A stretch of DNA of 63,224 nt, from the NCBI GenBank assembly GCA_052272885.1, contig DAVZJH010000001.1, positions 1-63,224 of the forward strand. Direction: 5' to 3'. The notes under the pieces were generated by a model that worked only from the letters and a program-made list of their open reading frames with translations, did no database searches and was not told the origin of the DNA. The DNA comes from Anaerovibrio sp. (lineage in GTDB: Bacteria; Bacillota; Negativicutes; Selenomonadales; Selenomonadaceae). Below, piece after piece: positions 58,488-63,224 of the stretch. Position 1 is the stretch's first letter, and each line of letters opens with the position of its first letter. Position numbers and translations under genes: made by a program.

Positions 58488-59063
58488 ATGTGTACATTTA
58501 CTTTGGGAAGTTGTCTGCTGTGGCTGGCTGTCATAGTAGTGGTTTTGTGTCTGCTGGTAAAGCTGTATCTCTGCCATGCTGGTACGGAGATTATTATACC
58601 ATTGGTAGATAGCCGTACTGCCTTTAAGGCTGAGGAAGTTACTGATAACAGCATGGTGTTGACCACTGACATTGGCTTTGAAAATCAGGGCAAGCAGTGT
58701 GCTACCATTATGGATGCCTTTGTGCGTCCTCAGCTGCCTTATGAGCAGTATGATGGTTTGGAAACTAAGGGCCATGCTGAGCTGGTAGGTGTACCTCGTG
58801 AGGATGATTATTTCGAGGCTTATATCATTCAGGCCAAGGGCTATAAGGGTGGCTTAGATAAGGCTGCCATTCGTGCTCAGGTTCGTCTTACAGCTAGAAA
58901 GGGCATGAGTCTGAAAGAGGCTGTGGCCCATATGCCAGATTTCAATTTCCAGCTGATTTGGCTGGAGACTGGTCGTATGCCATGCCATTATCGTCAGGTT
59001 CGTATTGAGGTGCCTGCTGTCGAGGTAGCTAATCTGCTTGGCGTAGAGCTGGTAAAGGATTAA
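58488..59063 (+). CDS. Membrane-anchored hypothetical protein
   Basis: GGGAGG RBS, N-terminal TM, beta-rich soluble domain (R.DDYFEAYII). Confidence 0.8.
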   Translation: MCTFTLGSCLLWLAVIVVVLCLLVKLYLCHAGTEIIIPLVDSRTAFKAEEVTDNSMVLTTDIGFENQGKQCATIMDAFVRPQLPYEQYDGLETKGHAELVGVPREDDYFEAYIIQAKGYKGGLDKAAIRAQVRLTARKGMSLKEAVAHMPDFNFQLIWLETGRMPCHYRQVRIEVPAVEVANLLGVELVKD

Positions 59064-59078
59064 TGGGAGGTTGCAGCA

Positions 59079-59741
59079 ATGAGTGAGATAAAGATAGATT
59101 TGATTCCAGTTCCAACCCGTATTCTGACCGATAAGGATGATATTATTGACGAGGTTGAACGTTATACCAAGGGTAAGATTGGCCCGGATGATGTTATTTC
59201 TGTAGCAGAAAGCGTTGTAGCTATTACTCAGGGACGAGCTGTTCGTCCAGAGGATTTGAAGATTACCCGCGTGGCTAGACTGTGCTGTCGTTTTATTCCT
59301 GATTATGGTTCCTTGGCCAGTCCTCATGGCATGCAGTCTCTGATGGATGTAGAGGGCAAATGGCGGGTAGCTGGTGCTTTGGTGCTGGGCTTCCTGGGCA
59401 AGCTGGTTGGCATGAATGGACTTTTCTACAAATGGGGCGGTGAGCAGACTGCTCTGATTGATGATGTTACTGGTACGATGCCTCCATTTGATAAGCATAT
59501 TGTTTATGGACCAAAGAATCCTAATGAGGTTGTGGAGAAGTTGAAGAAGCGTCTGGGCTGTTTTGGCGGTTTGATTGCTGATGTAAACGACCTGAAGCGT
59601 TCCCGTGTAGTAGGTGCTACTGAGGGCTTGGATGGGGAAAGAGCTGCCAGATTGTTGATTGACAATCCATTTGGTAATGCTTCTCAGAAAACTCCTATTG
59701 TTATTATCAAAAACTTCCGTCAGCTGCAGGAGCAGGGCTAA
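59079..59741 (+). CDS. CofE-like (F420-0:gamma-glutamyl ligase family) amide ligase
   Basis: [48 protein letters not shown] match the CofE-fold pattern. Confidence 0.8.
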   Translation: MSEIKIDLIPVPTRILTDKDDIIDEVERYTKGKIGPDDVISVAESVVAITQGRAVRPEDLKITRVARLCCRFIPDYGSLASPHGMQSLMDVEGKWRVAGALVLGFLGKLVGMNGLFYKWGGEQTALIDDVTGTMPPFDKHIVYGPKNPNEVVEKLKKRLGCFGGLIADVNDLKRSRVVGATEGLDGERAARLLIDNPFGNASQKTPIVIIKNFRQLQEQG

Positions 59742-59879
59742 TTTTAGGTTAAATAAAATTTTCATTTTGCATTATTTCTTCAATGCAGGTGTTATAATGG
59801 ACAAGGCCATATTTCTTTGATAGAATATCATTAAAAGGTAATTTGCCTTGACTAGAATGATTAGAAAAGGAAGTTGATT

Positions 59880-61331
59880 ATGAACACAGACAGATATACC
59901 AGTCCTTTATCAGAGCGTTATGCCAGCAAGGAAATGCAGTATATTTTCTCTCAGGATAAGAAATTTACTACCTGGAGAAAATTGTGGATTGCTTTGGCTG
60001 AGACAGAAATGGAATTAGGTCTTTCCGAGAATGGCAAGCCTGTTATTTCTCAGGAACAGATTGATGAGATGAAGGCTCATGTTGATGAAATCAATTACGA
60101 TGTGGCAAAGGCTAGAGAAAAGCTGGTTCGTCATGATGTTATGAGCCATGTTTACGCTTATGGCCAGCTCTGCCCAAAAGCAGCCGGCATTATTCATCTT
60201 GGTGCTACTTCCTGCTATGTTGGTGATAATACTGATATTATCATTATGCGTGAGGCATTGGAGCTGGTTCAGAAGAAATTGGTTAATGTAATTGCTGAAC
60301 TGGCTAAGTTTGCAGATAAATATAAGGATCTGCCTACCTTGGCCTTTACTCATTTCCAGCCAGCCCAGCCTACTACTGTAGGTAAGCGTGCTACTCTGTG
60401 GGCTCAGGAGTTTATCATGGATCTGGAGGATTTGGAGTATGTTAAGGACAGCTTGAAGCTGTTAGGCTCCAAGGGTACTACCGGTACTCAGGCCAGCTTC
60501 CTGGAGCTCTTTGATGGAGATCAGGAAACCATTGACAAGATTGATCCATCTATTGCTGCTAAAATGGGCTTCAAGGAGTGCTATGCTGTTTCTGGCCAGA
60601 CCTATTCCAGAAAGGTAGACACTAGAGTTGCTAATATTCTGGCAGGTATTGCAGCCAGTGCGCACAAATTGTCTAACGATATTCGCCTCCTGCAGCATTT
60701 GAAGGAGGTAGAGGAGCCATTTGAGAAGAATCAGATTGGATCTTCTGCTATGGCATACAAGAGAAATCCAATGCGCAGTGAGCGTATTGCTTCCCTGTCC
60801 AGATATGTGATGATTGATGCTTTGAATCCAGCCATTACCTCTGCTACTCAGTGGTTTGAGAGAACACTGGATGATTCTGCTAACAAGCGTCTGTCCATTC
60901 CAGAGGGCTTCCTGGCTATTGATGGTATTTTGGATTTGTGCCTGAACGTTGTAGACGGCTTGGTAGTTTATGACAAGGTTATTACCAAGCATCTGATGGC
61001 AGAGCTTCCTTTCATGGCTACTGAGAATATTATGATGGATGCTGTTAAGAACGGTGGCAACCGTCAGGAGCTTCATGAGAAGATTCGTACCCTTTCCATG
61101 GAAGCAGGCAAGAATGTTAAGCAGCAGGGCAAGGATAATAACCTGTTAGAGCTTATTGCTGCTGATCCAGAGTTTAATCTTACCTTGGAGGAGTTGCAGA
61201 AAACCATGGAGCCTTCCAGATATGTGGGACGTTCTCCTATTCAGGTAGAAAAGTTCATCAAGAACGTGGTTCAGCCTGTTCTTGATGCCCATAAGGAAGA
61301 GCTTGGCATGACTGCTGAAATTAATGTATAA
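59880..61331 (+). CDS. purB: Adenylosuccinate lyase
   Basis: RHDVMSH, IHLGATS, FTHFQPAQ, GSSAMAYKRNPMRSE. Confidence 0.96.
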   Translation: MNTDRYTSPLSERYASKEMQYIFSQDKKFTTWRKLWIALAETEMELGLSENGKPVISQEQIDEMKAHVDEINYDVAKAREKLVRHDVMSHVYAYGQLCPKAAGIIHLGATSCYVGDNTDIIIMREALELVQKKLVNVIAELAKFADKYKDLPTLAFTHFQPAQPTTVGKRATLWAQEFIMDLEDLEYVKDSLKLLGSKGTTGTQASFLELFDGDQETIDKIDPSIAAKMGFKECYAVSGQTYSRKVDTRVANILAGIAASAHKLSNDIRLLQHLKEVEEPFEKNQIGSSAMAYKRNPMRSERIASLSRYVMIDALNPAITSATQWFERTLDDSANKRLSIPEGFLAIDGILDLCLNVVDGLVVYDKVITKHLMAELPFMATENIMMDAVKNGGNRQELHEKIRTLSMEAGKNVKQQGKDNNLLELIAADPEFNLTLEELQKTMEPSRYVGRSPIQVEKFIKNVVQPVLDAHKEELGMTAEINV

Positions 61332-61375
61332 GCAGGGTGAAAGCTGTAAAATAAAATAATACCGCTATGCGGAAT

Positions 61376-61418
61376 GAGAGTCCTTGTAAGTTGGTAAATC
61401 TAGCTTATGAGGACTTTT
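61376..61418 (+). terminator. Long hairpin terminator after purB
   Basis: AGAGTCCTTGTAAGTTGG...CTAGCTTATGAGGACTTTT. Confidence 0.7.
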
Positions 61419-61543
61419 AATATATATAGATATATATTAAAATAATAAATATACTACAAGGTATAACTTTTAAAATTTCTTTACAATCCCAGATAAAAGC
61501 AATATAATTTTGAATAACAAAAATATTGCTAAGAGGTGATAGT

Positions 61544-63067
61544 ATGTACGCAAGGACATATGGTGCAGCTACTATGGGGGTAGAGGGGCTGTTGATTGAT
61601 GTGGAGGTGGATGCGGCTAATGGTCTGCCGGGGTTTGAAATGGTGGGGATGCCGGATACCCTGGTGCGGGAGGCCAAGGAAAGGGTTAGGACTGCTATTC
61701 GCAATAGCGGTATTATGATGCATCAGGAAAGGGTTACTGTGAATCTGGCTCCAGCGGCTATTCGCAAGGAAAGTGCTGGTTTGGATTTGCCTATTGCTAT
61801 TGCTCTGTTGGCAGCAGATGGCATAATTGGCAGTGAAAGCATTGCTAATTATGCTTTTATTGGGGAGTTATCCCTAGAGGGGCGGTGTCGTCCAGTGCGG
61901 GGCGTTCTGCCTATGGTTATCAAGGCTTTGGATATGGGGCTTAGGGGAGTGTTTATTTCCAGGGAGAATGTACAGGAGGCCTTGCTGGTTAAGGGGCTTA
62001 CTGTTTATGGGGTGGAAAATCTGCGGCAGGTGGTGGAGCATTTGCAAAATCGGCAGGTATTATTGTCTGCTTGTAAGCAGGAACAGACAGACTGTCCTAG
62101 GTCGGAAGCGGATTTTGGTGAGGTGCAGGGGCAGTTTCTGGCCAAACGGGCCTTTGAGGTGGCAGCGGCAGGAGGACATAATATCCTTTTGTCTGGAGCC
62201 CCAGGTTCAGGGAAAACCATGCTGGCAAGGCGCATGGGAAGTATTTTGCCAGAAATGACAGATAGGGAAGCTCTGGAGGTAACCAGAATCTATAGCATTG
62301 CGGGGATGCTAAAGGAGGGGGAGGGATTGATTCGTCAGAGGCCCTTCCGCAGTCCCCATCATACGGTATCGGCAGCAGCTATGATTGGCGGAGGAACGAT
62401 TCCCCGTCCGGGAGAGGTGACTCTAAGCCATAATGGAGTGCTGTTTCTTGATGAATTACCGGAATTTGGTCAGCGGGTGCTGGAGTGTCTCCGTCAGCCA
62501 TTGGAGGACGGCACAGTTACAGTTTCTAGAGCTAATGCCAGCTATCGTTTTCCATCCCGCATTATTCTCATAGGGGCCATGAATCCATGCCCATGCGGCT
62601 ATTACGGAGATAAAGAGCATAGTTGTGAATGTACACCATCTCAGATTCGCCATTATACACAAAAGCTATCAGGTCCCTTGCTGGACAGGTTTGATATTCA
62701 GATACAGGTGCCGCGGGTTTCCTATCAGGAATTAACTGCTGTGAAAAAGGCGGAAACTTCGGCTCAAATCCGCCAAAGAGTCATGGCAGCTAGGGAAAGA
62801 CAGCTGTACCGCTTTCAGAAGATGGATATTGTTTCTAATGGCCAGCTTACTCATAGTATGCTGAGCCAGTATTGTCCTATGACAGCAGAGGCGGAGCAGC
62901 TGCTGGAGGCAGCCTTTCATCAACGGCAGATGTCGGCTCGTTCCTATGATAGATTGGTAAAGGTGGCTAGGACTATTGGGGATTTGGCAGGAAAGGATAC
63001 CATAACAGCAGAATACATAGGAGAAGCGTTGCTGATGCGAAATGATAATATTGCCAAGGCCTTGTAG
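61544..63067 (+). CDS. comM: YifB/ComM Mg-chelatase-like AAA+ ATPase
   Basis: VNLAPA, DLPIA, GELSLEG, GAPGSGKTM, PFRSPHH, LFLDELPEF, NPCPCG, SARSYDR. Confidence 0.93.
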   Translation: MYARTYGAATMGVEGLLIDVEVDAANGLPGFEMVGMPDTLVREAKERVRTAIRNSGIMMHQERVTVNLAPAAIRKESAGLDLPIAIALLAADGIIGSESIANYAFIGELSLEGRCRPVRGVLPMVIKALDMGLRGVFISRENVQEALLVKGLTVYGVENLRQVVEHLQNRQVLLSACKQEQTDCPRSEADFGEVQGQFLAKRAFEVAAAGGHNILLSGAPGSGKTMLARRMGSILPEMTDREALEVTRIYSIAGMLKEGEGLIRQRPFRSPHHTVSAAAMIGGGTIPRPGEVTLSHNGVLFLDELPEFGQRVLECLRQPLEDGTVTVSRANASYRFPSRIILIGAMNPCPCGYYGDKEHSCECTPSQIRHYTQKLSGPLLDRFDIQIQVPRVSYQELTAVKKAETSAQIRQRVMAARERQLYRFQKMDIVSNGQLTHSMLSQYCPMTAEAEQLLEAAFHQRQMSARSYDRLVKVARTIGDLAGKDTITAEYIGEALLMRNDNIAKAL

Positions 63068-63104
63068 GCAAGAGTCTGGCATTGTGGCTGGTTTAAAAAA
63101 ATAT

Positions 63105-63133
63105 TTGACAAAGTTGTTGTATGCTGATATAAT
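63105..63133 (+). promoter_or_regulatory. Consensus sigma70 promoter for the tRNA
   Basis: TTGACA-17-TATAAT, extended -10 TG, A-tract upstream. Confidence 0.9.
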
Positions 63134-63172
63134 ATCAAATTGTTCGGTGCTTGTTTAAGCACTGACCTACAT

Positions 63173-63224
<52 letters not shown>

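Noticed and set aside
33438..61356. Shared GCTGTAAAATAAA at about 33439 and 61343 as att-like repeats
   Set aside because: AT-rich 13-mer enclosing essential housekeeping genes; chance match likely.
613..63162. Many long antisense or alternate-frame ORFs (e.g. 10744-11703, 15877-16917, 32411-33334, 41554-42948, 52783-53844, 58854-59765)
   Set aside because: They shadow well-identified genes, lack RBSs and motifs, and are expected from biased codon usage.

Overview
Mostly housekeeping chromosome of an anaerobic, probably diderm Firmicute. The taxonomy (Negativicutes, Selenomonadaceae/Anaerovibrio-like) is inferred from protein character and gene content, not from a database search. Most genes are on the + strand. 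Contents in order: a reduced dcw cluster (murE-murF-mraY-murD-murG-murC-ddl-ftsQ-DUF881-sbp-ftsZ, no ftsW, murB or ftsA; sbp frameshifted at a T7 run), rimO-cinA, htpG with a perfect CIRCE, an AraC regulator divergent from a degenerate DapF-like mini-protein, a diguanylate cyclase, a rubredoxin missed by the ORF track, an RND pump, an orphan flagellar hook cassette (TIGR02530-like gene plus a 720-aa FlgE), uraA, fba, a solitary Cre-like recombinase, an MCP, a menaquinone/C1/NfnAB/mdh run, tadA, a catalytically dead half P1B-ATPase with a TPR-like partner, ispE-gntR-glmU-prs, a thioesterase/membrane protein/CofE-like ligase operon, purB, comM and a partial initiator tRNA. No CRISPR array, rRNA, prophage or intact IS was seen. 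The best candidates for undescribed biology are the CofE-like ligase operon (hypothesised peptidoglycan polyamine ligase), the orphan and possibly phase-variable FlgE cassette, and the two pseudo-enzyme modules. All functional proposals are unverified inferences.
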